Assembly (NCBI GenBank): GCA_003171035.1 | Contig: PMXR01000109.1 | Coordinates: forward strand, 29,019 to 93,018 | Length of the DNA stretch: 64,000 nucleotides | Direction of reading: 5' to 3' | DNA from: Chloroflexota bacterium | GTDB taxonomy: Bacteria > Chloroflexota > Limnocylindria > Limnocylindrales > CSP1-4 | Shown: positions 1-9,625 of the stretch, piece after piece | How positions within the stretch are numbered: position 1 is the first letter of the stretch | How the letters are laid out: every line of letters begins with the position of its first letter | The notes under the pieces: model-generated | The model's input: only the letters and a program-made list of their open reading frames with translations | What the model was told of the DNA's origin: nothing | The model's database searches: none | Position numbers and translations under genes: made by a program

Positions 1-440
1 TCGGCTGCGCCACCCATGACCGCGACCACGCACGAGTCGCCGGGGGTTATGCGAGACGACTCGTGATCGGACGGACCGTCGGTGATCGAGACATCGAACA
101 AGTGCCGTTTGCGGTATGTCGCTGCGATCCCACCGGCCGGATCCAGCAGCACGGACGTGTTGAACGGCCGCAGCGGATCGGTGGAACGTTCGGCCACGCT
201 ACCGAGCAGGATCCAACAGTTGAGCTCGCGAGCCAGATCGGAGAAGGGCTCGGTCAGCGGCCCGGGCAGCGTTGAGGCCGACTCGCGGAACCCCGCCACG
301 GGACCGCGGTAGTGGAACATCTCGGGCAGCGCCACGAGCCCCGGCTTGCTCTCACCCGCCGTTCGGATCAGCGCCGCGGCACGGTCCAGATTGGCGGCCA
401 CGTCCTGATCGGCTGCCAGCTGGACGAGGGCAACCCTGAG
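1..440 (-). CDS. carbon-nitrogen hydrolase (nitrilase superfamily) family protein. The C-terminal part runs off the window start.
   Basis: The reverse-strand translation from the ATG at 440 reads MTKLRVALVQLAADQDVAANLDRAAALIRTAGESKPGLVALPEMFHYRG..., which is the catalytic-Glu region of the nitrilase/CN-hydrolase fold. A GGAGG ribosome-binding site lies about 8 nt upstream. No stop codon occurs before position 1. Confidence 0.6.
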
Positions 441-519
441 TTTGGTCATTTTCTGCGCCCCTCCGATATGCGGCTTGCCGGCACGAGCTTGCGTGCCGGG
501 TCGATGGTACCTTCCGGCT

Positions 520-1035
520 TCAGGCTCGGTCGGTGTGAACCGGGACGCCCGGGAACGCCGAGGCCTCATCGTCGTCGGCGCGGACCCAGTCCAGCATTTC
601 CCGGTTGATGATCAGCGTACTTACGTCCCGCATCTGCAGGCCGGCGCGGCTGACGAAGCCGATCGTGGCGTCGGAGAGCGGAATCATGGGACCACGGGCG
701 TGCAGGTAAGGCAGTGGCATCTGCCCGGGCAGCGCGTGGAGCAGCCCCAGCGCGGTGTACGGCCCGAGCTGGACCTGGAGCCGGTGGCGGATGGTGTGGA
801 TGCGCCGCGCGGCCTCGCCGCGGCCTCCGCTCGCCTCGATCGCATACAGCACGTTGCGATCGACTTCACCGTCGCCGAGGTTCGTGACCGTGTCGTCTTC
901 GAAGTTCTCCACGAACGTCTCGCGCACGACGATCGACTCGGCCCGATTCAAGAGGTCTGTCAGTCGCTCCCCTTCGCACTCGACATAGCCGATGAAGCGG
1001 CGACCAATGGCATAGCCGATGAACGGGAGGAGCAC
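520..1035 (-). CDS. hypothetical protein, upstream of and co-directional with the CN-hydrolase
   Basis: 171-aa ORF with ordinary, non-Arg-rich composition. No recognisable motif. The start is uncertain. Confidence 0.3.
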   Translation of the reverse strand: MLLPFIGYAIGRRFIGYVECEGERLTDLLNRAESIVVRETFVENFEDDTVTNLGDGEVDRNVLYAIEASGGRGEAARRIHTIRHRLQVQLGPYTALGLLHALPGQMPLPYLHARGPMIPLSDATIGFVSRAGLQMRDVSTLIINREMLDWVRADDDEASAFPGVPVHTDRA

Positions 1036-1362
1036 TCAGCCTCCTGAAAGGCTAGTCGAGACCCGACGGGTCCTTGATTGACGTGCCGGGAGACTACGCC
1101 GGCCGGAGCTCCGGGCCCCTCCCACATAAGTACGGGTGGGGCGTACGCGCACCACGCCGAGTCGGTCGAGCGGTCGCGGGGTCCTACCCCCTGCCGTCGC
1201 GGGCTTCAGCCGTTGCGCAGGCTGCTGGTATTCACGACCCCGACGAACGTCCCTTCACGCCGAGCCATCCGTACGCGGCAGGCATAGTCAGGCCCGATCT
1301 GGGGCCGAAGGGGCAGTCGGAGATAGACTGGATCTACTACCGACCAAGAGAGCCGAGGGTTC

Positions 1363-2586
1363 ATGACCGCCCACGAGCCAGACGCGGCCCCCGCCGCCGT
1401 GATGGGGACTCGAGATACCTGGATTTCGTTCACCGACCTCGCCGTCTGGTCGTTCGTGCTTTACGGCCTCGGCATCGCCACTCCGTATCTGCAGAAGGAT
1501 CTGCACCTCACGGCGTTCGAGGCCGGGCTGCACGGGTCGGCACTGGCGATTGGGGTATTGATCGCCGGTGTCGTCACCGACCGGGTCGCTCGACTTGTTG
1601 GCATGCACTGGCTGCCGGACCTGGAGGTCGCGATCATCGGCCTCGGGATCGCTCTGTTTGCCCTCGCTCCGAGTTTGCCCGTTTCGCTCGCCGGCGCGAT
1701 GTTGATGGGTCTGGGCGGCTCCATCCTCAGCACCGACAACAACGTCCGCCTCGGCCGGGTGAAGGGGGAGGGTTCCCGCAGGCTTCTTGCACAGGCCTAC
1801 GGCCTATCGATGATCATGGCCGGCGCGGCGCCGCTGGCGATCGGCCTCGCGGCTGCACATCTGGCGACGTGGCGGGTGGCGATGGCGATCCCGGTAGCGG
1901 TGTTCGTCTTGCTGGCGTTCCTGAGATCGCGCGAATCCGAACCGCCGACTTCGGTCGTCAAGGCGCAAGGCAGCCTGACGCTGCCGTACTGGGTCGCGGT
2001 CCTCGTGATCGCCCTGTCCGTCTCGATCGAGTTCTCGTTCGTATATTGGGGCTCTTCGATGGTCGGCCGGCGAGCCGGAATTGCCAGCTCGGATGCGACC
2101 CTCATGGCCAGTCTGTTCGTGGTCGGGATGTTCCTGGGCCGCACGGCTGTCGGTCGTGGGCTGGGTGCCGGCCGCTCGCCGCGCACACTGCTTGCGGCGG
2201 GTCTGATCGTCGCCATGATCGGCGCATGCGTGGTCTGGATATCGCCGATTGCGGCTCTGTCCGGGCTCGGGCTGTTGCTCGGTGGCCTCGGGACGGCTGC
2301 CCTCTTCCCGGTGGGCCTCACCGTGGCACTTCATGCAGCCCCGAACGCCCAGATGACTGCCATGGCCCGCACCGCTCTGGCCGTGGGGCTGGCGTTGCTC
2401 GTGGTGCCCTCGACACTGGGCCTGGTCTCCGACGCGATCGGCCTGATCGGCGCCTGGGCGATCATCCCTGCCATCGCGCTGGCCGCTCTCGCGGTAGTGG
2501 CCACCATGCCCGGCTCGGAGAAGATGACGGCGCAGGACCTGGCCGCAAGCGCCGAGGCGCCGCCGCTTGGTGAGTTGCCGGTCTAG
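1363..2586 (+). CDS. MFS transporter
   Basis: 407 aa, about 12 predicted hydrophobic helices, typical of the major-facilitator family. MFS-type D-R-x-G-R-like loop (GRTAVGRG). Confidence 0.65.
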   Translation: MTAHEPDAAPAAVMGTRDTWISFTDLAVWSFVLYGLGIATPYLQKDLHLTAFEAGLHGSALAIGVLIAGVVTDRVARLVGMHWLPDLEVAIIGLGIALFALAPSLPVSLAGAMLMGLGGSILSTDNNVRLGRVKGEGSRRLLAQAYGLSMIMAGAAPLAIGLAAAHLATWRVAMAIPVAVFVLLAFLRSRESEPPTSVVKAQGSLTLPYWVAVLVIALSVSIEFSFVYWGSSMVGRRAGIASSDATLMASLFVVGMFLGRTAVGRGLGAGRSPRTLLAAGLIVAMIGACVVWISPIAALSGLGLLLGGLGTAALFPVGLTVALHAAPNAQMTAMARTALAVGLALLVVPSTLGLVSDAIGLIGAWAIIPAIALAALAVVATMPGSEKMTAQDLAASAEAPPLGELPV

Positions 2587-3878
2587 ATCTGATCCGCCGG
2601 GGGCGCCGTCGGGCTCTGCCATGACGGGGACACGTCGGTTCGCAGACCCCCGATTGCCCGGCTGACCCCCGAGCCGACGAAGAGGGCCGTGTAGACGGGC
2701 CAGCCGACGACTGCCGACACGGCCAGGGCGGCGCCGCACGCCAAGGCCCCGACCGCAAACGCGGCAGAAGTTGCACCGACGTAGTAGCTCTGGCACCGCA
2801 CTCGGAGGTCCGGCGGCGCCAGTCGGTACAGCCGCTCGTTCGCCGCCAGCGCGCCGGCGTTGCCGGCTCCGTTGAAGAGCGCCGAGCCCAGGACCAGCAT
2901 CGGCAGAGCGGCAGGATTGCCGGGGATCGCAAGCGCACATATGACGGCCGCGACCGAACGCGCGAGGAACGAGAGCCGCAGCACACGGCTCGAGGAGCCT
3001 CGCAGCAGGAAGGCGCCGGTCGTCAGCGAGCCGGCAAGGGCCCCGGCCGACGCCGAACCCGAAAGGATCACCGCGAAGCCCGCCGACGCGCCCAGAACCT
3101 GCATCGCGTACAGGGACAGATAAGGAATCAGGCCCTGGCCCAGCGAGGCGACGGCGGTCGCGGTCGTGAACCGCCTGAACTCCTCGGGCAGCGGCTCGGC
3201 CGGCTCTTCACCAGTCTTGACCAGGACGCGGCCTGGATAAGGAAGCCGGGCGACCGCCAGCGGCGTCAGGATCGAGACCAACCCGCCGACCGCGAAGAAG
3301 CCGGCGTATGTCCACAGGCCGATCGATCGCAGTCCGGCGTCCAGAACCGCGCCGGCCGGCAGAAGCAGCAGGGTCGAGAGCGCCATGTTCATGGCGCCCA
3401 TTCGCGGACCAACCAGTCGGCGCTCCTGGTCCGGCAAGACCACGGCCGCCCACAGATTGATGTTCGAGGCCGAGAGCACGCCCGCCGTCTGGCCGATCGC
3501 GACCGTCGCCGAGACAAGGACTATCCCCACTGGAGCGCTGATCAGGCCGGAGGCGATGGCGGCGACCACGGCCGCGTGTGCGAAGCCGCGCAACTCGGCC
3601 AGTGTCAGGAGCAGCGTGAGTCGGCGCAGATTGCCGCCCATGCGCCTCAGGATCTGCGGCGCCAGGGCCTGGACCACCGACGCTGCCACGGGAAAGGACC
3701 CGACCAGGATCACGAGCTCCGGCGGGGCCCCGAGTCGAAGCAGCAGAGGCACGAAGAGCGCGTCGGAGGCGTAGGAACCGGTGAACGCCTGACCTGTCGC
3801 GATGGCCTGGAAGGGACGGTAGCGCGGGGAGGCGAACGCGCGCCAGCGGCTCAGGTTTGGTAGGTGCATTGGGCACAT
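2583..3878 (-). CDS. MFS transporter
   Basis: 431-aa polytopic membrane protein with MFS-like helix spacing. Convergent with the previous MFS gene, overlapping it by 4 nt. The start is uncertain. Confidence 0.55.
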   Translation of the reverse strand: MCPMHLPNLSRWRAFASPRYRPFQAIATGQAFTGSYASDALFVPLLLRLGAPPELVILVGSFPVAASVVQALAPQILRRMGGNLRRLTLLLTLAELRGFAHAAVVAAIASGLISAPVGIVLVSATVAIGQTAGVLSASNINLWAAVVLPDQERRLVGPRMGAMNMALSTLLLLPAGAVLDAGLRSIGLWTYAGFFAVGGLVSILTPLAVARLPYPGRVLVKTGEEPAEPLPEEFRRFTTATAVASLGQGLIPYLSLYAMQVLGASAGFAVILSGSASAGALAGSLTTGAFLLRGSSSRVLRLSFLARSVAAVICALAIPGNPAALPMLVLGSALFNGAGNAGALAANERLYRLAPPDLRVRCQSYYVGATSAAFAVGALACGAALAVSAVVGWPVYTALFVGSGVSRAIGGLRTDVSPSWQSPTAPPADQI

Positions 3879-3946
3879 GATGCGCTACAGCGGGTCGCAG
3901 CGGGTTGCGGCCTCAGTCGGGCAGCCGGATAACCGGTGGCGAGATC

Positions 3947-3999
3947 CGGGGGAGTGGAGCCGACACTCGGATTTGAACCGAGGACCTGCTGTTTACGAA
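3947..3999. repeat. 53-bp direct repeat copying the 3' half of tRNA-Thr, from the anticodon loop to 8 nt past the CCA. This is the distal att site of the island.
   Basis: It is identical to 17322..17374 on the same strand: cgggggagtggagccgacactcggatttgaaccgaggacctgctgtttacgaa. The match diverges exactly inside the anticodon loop. Confidence 0.8.
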
Positions 4000-4431
4000 C
4001 TGGAGCGGCCCTTACGCAGTGGCGCAAGCGTGGAAATTCGTGCGTAAGTCGCTCAGTTAGCAGGCCCTCGCGGTGTCGTCGTAGCCCTGCTGTCTGTTGC
4101 CTCCGAGGACGCAGTTGACGAGGCCATGGTACGCCTTCTTGGGCCGGACGAGGCCATGTCCGGCCGCACCGCGTGATCGGCCACGCCGCCCTAGCTCGAA
4201 CCCGCGACATTCTGCTTGGGAAATATCTGCGTGGGAACGGTATGTCTTCACGCGTGGAATCGAGTCCGAAAAGTGTCCATCTAGAGTGTCGGAACAAGCG
4301 CGGCTCGCGAGGTTCGCTCCGCGACCGGTTCGACGGTGCTCCTAGCCTGACGCAAGAGCGTTGCGCCCCTAATTCTGTACGTCCGAGTATTTGCGTCCGT
4401 CTATCATCGGCCGAGTGAAGCACCCACGCAG

Positions 4432-5511
4432 GTGGAGATGCGGCGAGGCGAGCGCATGTTGCAGATAGGCCGGCAGGATTCCTTCGAACGCGAGTACGTG
4501 GGGAAGTTCCGTTCGCTTGTCGCCAAATTCGGCGAGGTGGTCACCTACGAGAGGGACCGAGGGGCGCGGGACATCGGCGTGCACTTCACGCGAAGGCTTC
4601 CGTCTGACAATGAGGTCGTGTCGGCGGCTCTTTGCTGGTTCCAGCTGAAGGGCTTCATGGAAACCACGTTGTCGACAGAGGACTTCGAAAGCCAGGACGA
4701 GATAAGAATCTCGTTGGAAGTCCGTCACCTTCGCTACTGGTATCTGCAGCCCGTCCCTACGTACCTGGCCCTCTACGTGGCTAGCGTGGACGCTTTCCTG
4801 GTGCTCAACCTTAGCGACTACATAGCCACGACCTGGGGACCGGGCATTCTTGGTCTAGAACAGGAGTCGGCCACAGTCCGCATCCCCCGACGAAGCAGGT
4901 TGGATGAGCAGGCATTTGGGCTGATCATGGCCAAGTCCGATGGGGACGCTTGGGCCAGAGCCCTGGGAAAGGACGAGCTCATCGGCGACTCGTGCTATCG
5001 GGACTATCAGCTCATCTGGCACCTGGGCTCGGCACCGGACCGCGGAGTCCGACATCGAGTCGTGTTCTGGGATTGGCAGAGCAAGACGCGCAGCCAGTTC
5101 TGGTTCCAGGAGAAGCCCCCGGCAGGTGGCTCCTGGATCGACCTTCGCGAGCACTGGCAGTACATGATGGACGTGGCAGAACTCGAAGAAGCCTACCCGT
5201 ATGTTGAATTCTTTGATCCGCCATCGGAGGACATCGAAGGATACCCGGATTGGCTCGTCAAGACCAATTGGAACGAGGATGAGGCCATTCTCGGAGAGCC
5301 ACCCACGGTTGAACTACGGAACGGCGATGCAGTTCCCGGCCTGAATTGCATGGATGAGTACTTCAAGTACATCTTCGGTGCGAGGTTGAATGATCTGGGC
5401 TGGGATCTCTACGAATCAGTCGGGATCTTGCAGAAAGCCGGGTTGGTCGAGGTGGCTCCTGGCCAGAAGGAGAATGTCAGCGTCGCCCCCTGGCACTACC
5501 GAGCCGTGTGA
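4432..5511 (+). CDS. hypothetical protein with a restriction-endonuclease-like (PD-(D/E)xK-like, DUF4365-like) N-terminal domain and an uncharacterised C-terminal domain
   Basis: 359 aa. The N-terminal 160 aa carries D...(E/Q)xK-like elements (ERDRGARDIGVHF ... CWFQLKGF) that I recall from DUF4365-type nuclease domains. Codon usage is lower-GC than the flanking chromosome. It is the first gene inside the island. Confidence 0.45.
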   Translation: MEMRRGERMLQIGRQDSFEREYVGKFRSLVAKFGEVVTYERDRGARDIGVHFTRRLPSDNEVVSAALCWFQLKGFMETTLSTEDFESQDEIRISLEVRHLRYWYLQPVPTYLALYVASVDAFLVLNLSDYIATTWGPGILGLEQESATVRIPRRSRLDEQAFGLIMAKSDGDAWARALGKDELIGDSCYRDYQLIWHLGSAPDRGVRHRVVFWDWQSKTRSQFWFQEKPPAGGSWIDLREHWQYMMDVAELEEAYPYVEFFDPPSEDIEGYPDWLVKTNWNEDEAILGEPPTVELRNGDAVPGLNCMDEYFKYIFGARLNDLGWDLYESVGILQKAGLVEVAPGQKENVSVAPWHYRAV

Positions 5512-5575
5512 CGTTTGGTCCCGCCGGCCAGATCCGTCGCAGAAGTCCCTCAGTGTCGGATGGAGCTGCGACTCC

Positions 5576-5854
5576 CTACGGTCGGCCGGCCTCGAGAGTT
5601 TCTTGGATCTCTTCGGTCAAGGCCTGGACGTCGTGCGAAACACGACGATAGTCTTCCGACACCTGCATCTGGCTCCTGTTTGCCAGAAAGCTCAAGCGCT
5701 CAGACGCCGACCGAAGCAGCGTCACGACCTCCGAGTCCGGGCTCATGCGATTGCTGTCGGTCCAGCGATTGATGGCTTGGCTCGAGAGACCGAACAGCTC
5801 CTCATGCCACTCTCTTGAGTTCACCACCTGCAAGAGGGCCCGTTGGGCGCCCAT
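5576..5854 (-). CDS. small hypothetical helical protein downstream of the nucleotidyltransferase (possible third gene of the operon)
   Basis: Its ORF overlaps the NTase 3' end. An internal Met start (MGAQRALL...) at 5854 leaves a 17-nt spacer after the NTase stop. Composition is non-Arg-rich and coding-like. Confidence 0.3.
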   Translation of the reverse strand: MGAQRALLQVVNSREWHEELFGLSSQAINRWTDSNRMSPDSEVVTLLRSASERLSFLANRSQMQVSEDYRRVSHDVQALTEEIQETLEAGRP

Positions 5855-5871
5855 TCGATCGACAAACTCGC

Positions 5872-6498
5872 TCACTGCACGCTCACTTTCGCCATCAAGG
5901 CGCCCATCCATCGGTTGATCTCTGGCAGGTTCGACAGAACATGCGCAACGTCGTCTTCCGAGGGTCTAGCGCCGAATCCACGCGTAGACAGGATCCGGGC
6001 GTCGTCAAGGATCTTGCGCGACCTAGCGTCCAGAGCGATGCTGTCTGGGCCGATCCTGTCGCAGGCGCGTCGCGAGAAGACAGGCGAGGCACGGTTCATC
6101 AGCGAATAGCAGATTGCCATGTTCCTTATGGCCAGGAACATGGTGGCGAGTTCAAAGACGGCGGTGTCGCGGCGAGCAGCGAGCACGCCGGACGCCGCAA
6201 CGTATAGCTGGTTGAACTTTTCGCTATCTGCCCGCCAACTCATGTATGGCCCTGGCTCGCCCAACTCGCGTACGAAGTCGACGCCGTCCTCTGCAAAGAT
6301 CAAACGAGACTCTATGAACAGGTGCCAGGCGAAGGGATTGCCCTCCGTCCAGAGTTCCCTGAGTCGGGCATATGGATAGACGGAGTAGACGACAGGATCG
6401 AACCTCGAGTCGGGACCATCGACCGCCGCCAGAAGGTCAATGTCTGAGCCAGGCTCGACCTCGCCGCGACAGACTGATCCGTAAACGTAAATGTGCAT
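5872..6498 (-). CDS. minimal nucleotidyltransferase (Pol-beta superfamily) with a C-terminal helical domain
   Basis: The N-terminus reads MHIYVYGSVCRGEVEPGSDIDLLAAVDG, which is the canonical hG[GS]-x(9-13)-DhD nucleotidyltransferase motif. 208 aa. Its start is 4 nt after the stop of the upstream pentapeptide-repeat gene. Confidence 0.7.
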   Translation of the reverse strand: MHIYVYGSVCRGEVEPGSDIDLLAAVDGPDSRFDPVVYSVYPYARLRELWTEGNPFAWHLFIESRLIFAEDGVDFVRELGEPGPYMSWRADSEKFNQLYVAASGVLAARRDTAVFELATMFLAIRNMAICYSLMNRASPVFSRRACDRIGPDSIALDARSRKILDDARILSTRGFGARPSEDDVAHVLSNLPEINRWMGALMAKVSVQ

Positions 6499-6501
6499 CG
6501 T

Positions 6502-7386
6502 TCACCGCCGCGCGAACCGACGGACAAGGATGGATACGAACAGGCCAAGGATGACATACCGGGTCAGAGCGATCGCCGCGACGATCAGCCCCGGATAGCT
6601 GGGCGCTGTCGTGCCAAGGAACACCTGTGGAGCATCTGCCAGGGCGGAAATCCAGTCCTTGACTAGCACTGGATTCCTGGTAAGGAGCGTGTCAAGACTG
6701 GCAAGCAGGACCACGAGCGCGAGGGCGGTCCGGATGAGGTGGGAGGCGCTCTCGCCGTTCCCCCAAATGACGTCGCTAACCACGAACCTCAACCACGTGA
6801 AGAAGGCCTTGAGCCTGGCGGTGCCCGCGTACTTTTGCCGGTAGTAGGACTCGTTGCTCCGCCATGCCTTGCTCAGATGAACTCTCGTCGCGTGGAGCTC
6901 GACAAGTATCGCTTTGTTGACCGCATCGCGGTCACCGAGAGCTTCGTAGTTCGTGCGAAGTGTTCTGGCAAACCAGAGCTTTAGGTTCTCGAATGGCGGG
7001 CAACAGTTGTCCAGGATATCGCTATCGATGAGTGTTCTCTCGAACAGTGCATAGTCGAACTTGCAGCCCGAGAACGTGGAGCCATGGAAGCTGCTTCCGA
7101 CGAACCTGCACCCGGTGAAGTCGCACGAATCGAACGCGCACAGGCGTAGGTAGCAGCCATCGAATACGCAATACCTGAAGTCCACGTTTTCGAAGCGGAC
7201 CTTCTTGGCGCTGACTCGCTCGAAGATTCGGTTCGAGAGGACGACATCGGATACGTCGTCGACCCATTCCTTGTCGGTCTCGACGGTCCGCTTTAGAGGC
7301 TTCAGGGCGGATGCTGGCGCTTGCCCTGATCCATGATGATCGCGTCGCGGAAGTCGAACGGTGCCCAACGCGCTCCTCAAAGACAC
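6502..7386 (-). CDS. pentapeptide-repeat protein with a C-terminal transmembrane region
   Basis: Consecutive A(D/N)LxF-type pentads (FENVDFRYCVFDGCYLRLCAFDSCDFTGCRFVGSSFHGSTFSGCKF). The last 80 aa contain two hydrophobic helices (LALVVLLASL..., GLIVAAIALTRYVILGLFVSILV). Confidence 0.65.
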   Translation of the reverse strand: MSLRSALGTVRLPRRDHHGSGQAPASALKPLKRTVETDKEWVDDVSDVVLSNRIFERVSAKKVRFENVDFRYCVFDGCYLRLCAFDSCDFTGCRFVGSSFHGSTFSGCKFDYALFERTLIDSDILDNCCPPFENLKLWFARTLRTNYEALGDRDAVNKAILVELHATRVHLSKAWRSNESYYRQKYAGTARLKAFFTWLRFVVSDVIWGNGESASHLIRTALALVVLLASLDTLLTRNPVLVKDWISALADAPQVFLGTTAPSYPGLIVAAIALTRYVILGLFVSILVRRFARR

Positions 7387-7475
7387 CGGTCCTCCTCACC
7401 TAGGCTGTACAGCGATCATATGCCAGTCTCGCGGTATTTGCGGGCACAAGAATCGAATCTGTCGGATCTGGGACC

Positions 7476-8825
7476 TCAGATGGGCTTGTTCACTTGGAGG
7501 CCAACCCGGTAGTACCCCCTAGCTACCGCCCGATGCATCGTCGGATCGGCCGCCTGGTAGCGGCGGATAAGGTGCAAGCCCAGGCGCTGCTCGGCAGGCT
7601 CGTAGCTGCGGCACAGCATGTCGGTCGCGCGTTCCAGGTCGGGCCATTCACGCCGGTCGGCGAGGAGCGATGCTGCCTTCAGGGCCTGTCGGACCGTGCG
7701 ATGTCGCGCGGTGATAAGCACGGCAAGCTCGAGGCTGGTCATGTCCTCAAGGTCGAACGCCGGCGCGGTCTCGGGGGGCGACATGGAAGTGGCCCGCGTT
7801 TCGATGGCCGCAGGCTGAGCTGGCTCCTCGACGACCGAATCGATGACGGCGGCTAAGGGAACCGGCTCGGTGGGCTGGCGCTCGACGCCGTGCCAGAGCG
7901 GGCCGATGTCCTCGCGGCCGCCATTCGCGAGGAGTCTGATCCAGGCGGCCGAGCCAACCTCATAGTCGCTCCGCCGTGCCTTCGGATCCGTCGCGATCCC
8001 GCGAAGCGGACGAGGCTCGAGGCCCGCACCGATGGCCAGGACCTCGGCGTCCGCGCCTCGATCGGAGACGTCGCCGATCGCCACGCCCCAGCAACGGCCC
8101 GAGAGCATCGCGTCCTTCGTCGGGCCGGCGATCTGGCGTAGGCGTGCCAGGCGCTCGCGGCTGTTGGCAACCCAGAGCAGATGCCAGCCAACCTGGTGGT
8201 TCTCGAAGAGCTTGGCGTAGGAGCGAAGCCGGTCGCGGATCACCGGCGGCCGTTCGGTCGACTCGTCGACTTCGACGAGGATCACCGCCGATGCCTCGCC
8301 GGTGTCGATGACGACGAGGTGGTCGGGCTTGACGCCCCAGTCGTAGCCGAGGATAAGCCACTCGGGCCACCAGAGCTGCACGAGCCCCGGATCGTGGCGG
8401 ACGAGGGATGCCACGAACTCGACGCCATCGAGCGAGTGACGGGTCGTGATGAGACCTGGCGATCGATAGGCGTTGAGGTGGATGCGGCGTCGTCCGGATG
8501 AACTGAGTCGATAGGCGAGTGGGATTCCACCGCGTTCAGCGGGAAGGGATTCTCTGGTGACTAGATTCTGGAGTGCGAGCTTGCGTGTTCGTCGGAGAGC
8601 CGTGCGAAGGGATGGATACACAAGGGTGGCGAGCTGGCTAGCGGTGCAGACGCGGGCGTATTCGAGAAGGCGAAGGCAAGCACGGTCGGAGAGCGAGAGC
8701 AGGCTGACGTCTACTGGTGTATGGACATGAGCGGCAGGAGAAGGACGGTAGCTCATGTAAGTTGCATCCAATCCGCCGACCGATTGAGCGTGAAATCGCG
8801 ACATTGGGTTGTCGTGGGTCGACAC
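7476..8825 (-). CDS. replication-relaxation family protein (plasmid/AICE-type), putative
   Basis: 449 aa. The N-terminal winged-helix-like segment (LSLSDRACLRLLEYARVCTASQLATLV) resembles the replication-relaxation family found on actinobacterial plasmids and integrative elements. The assignment is from memory of that family, not from a search. Confidence 0.4.
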   Translation of the reverse strand: MSTHDNPMSRFHAQSVGGLDATYMSYRPSPAAHVHTPVDVSLLSLSDRACLRLLEYARVCTASQLATLVYPSLRTALRRTRKLALQNLVTRESLPAERGGIPLAYRLSSSGRRRIHLNAYRSPGLITTRHSLDGVEFVASLVRHDPGLVQLWWPEWLILGYDWGVKPDHLVVIDTGEASAVILVEVDESTERPPVIRDRLRSYAKLFENHQVGWHLLWVANSRERLARLRQIAGPTKDAMLSGRCWGVAIGDVSDRGADAEVLAIGAGLEPRPLRGIATDPKARRSDYEVGSAAWIRLLANGGREDIGPLWHGVERQPTEPVPLAAVIDSVVEEPAQPAAIETRATSMSPPETAPAFDLEDMTSLELAVLITARHRTVRQALKAASLLADRREWPDLERATDMLCRSYEPAEQRLGLHLIRRYQAADPTMHRAVARGYYRVGLQVNKPI

Positions 8826-9625
8826 CGTCCAACGTCAGTCCGATGCACCGCCCCGCGCCAGGTTTCGACGCCGCCGGCGGCCGGGCGGCGACAGGCACTC
8901 TGAAGTCCGCTCGGCTTCTGGGTGGCTGAGCGGCAGGTCGGGGTTCTTCGGTTGGGATCGGGACGCATCCTCGGGATCGAGCTACTAGTCGTCCAGGTAT
9001 AGGGTGCGAGGTCGTCGCGCGCGTTCTGCTCGCGCCCGGGCGGACAGATAGGCGAGGCGGGCGAAGTGGGCTGCTCGGGCATGCGCCGCACGCCGAGCGC
9101 GCTCTTCGGGTTCGAGCAGACCGTCGGGATCGACCTCTCGCTCGAACGACGACATAAAGGCGAGCCTCGCCGCCTTGGTCGTCTCGCGAGGGTCGTGGGT
9201 CGCGTGGAGTCGGTGCGCACCGATCCGCCCGCGAAGGGCCTGACTGGCCCGTTCTGTTTCATCCATCTCCAGATGCGTCCTCGTCCTTCGGTGGTGTTGC
9301 CCGGCGCTTCGACTGAAAGCTCCTGCCCTGCTGGGAGGCGAGCCGTCACTCGATCGCCGGGATGTTGCTCGTCTCGCTCTGGCCTCCTGCTTGACCGCGC
9401 CTGGGGCCGAGATCAGGAGGCGGAGCGAGAACCAGCCGACCCTAAGCCTTCATCGGCTGGTCCGCAAGACATTGTGTACAATACCAGGTACGTGTCTCAC
9501 TGTACGGGTTGTCGCTTCAATCTCGTCCACATAATGCCTTGTCCGGAGAGCCCAGCCGGAGTACGGTGACGCCGAAGACCACATCGAAAGGACACGTCGT
9601 GACCATTGGTGGCGTTCTCGAAGCC

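Noticed and set aside
1074-2940. Long ORFs (499 aa on plus, 378 aa on minus) overlapping the MFS transporter gene
   Set aside because: Extremely Arg/Gly/Pro-rich translations typical of off-frame or antisense reading of high-GC coding DNA. The MFS frame has coherent hydrophobic helices.
3936-4020. Possible second tRNA gene
   Set aside because: It is only the 3' half of tRNA-Thr. The anticodon stem 5' strand, D-arm and acceptor 5' strand are missing. It is an att-site remnant, not a functional tRNA.
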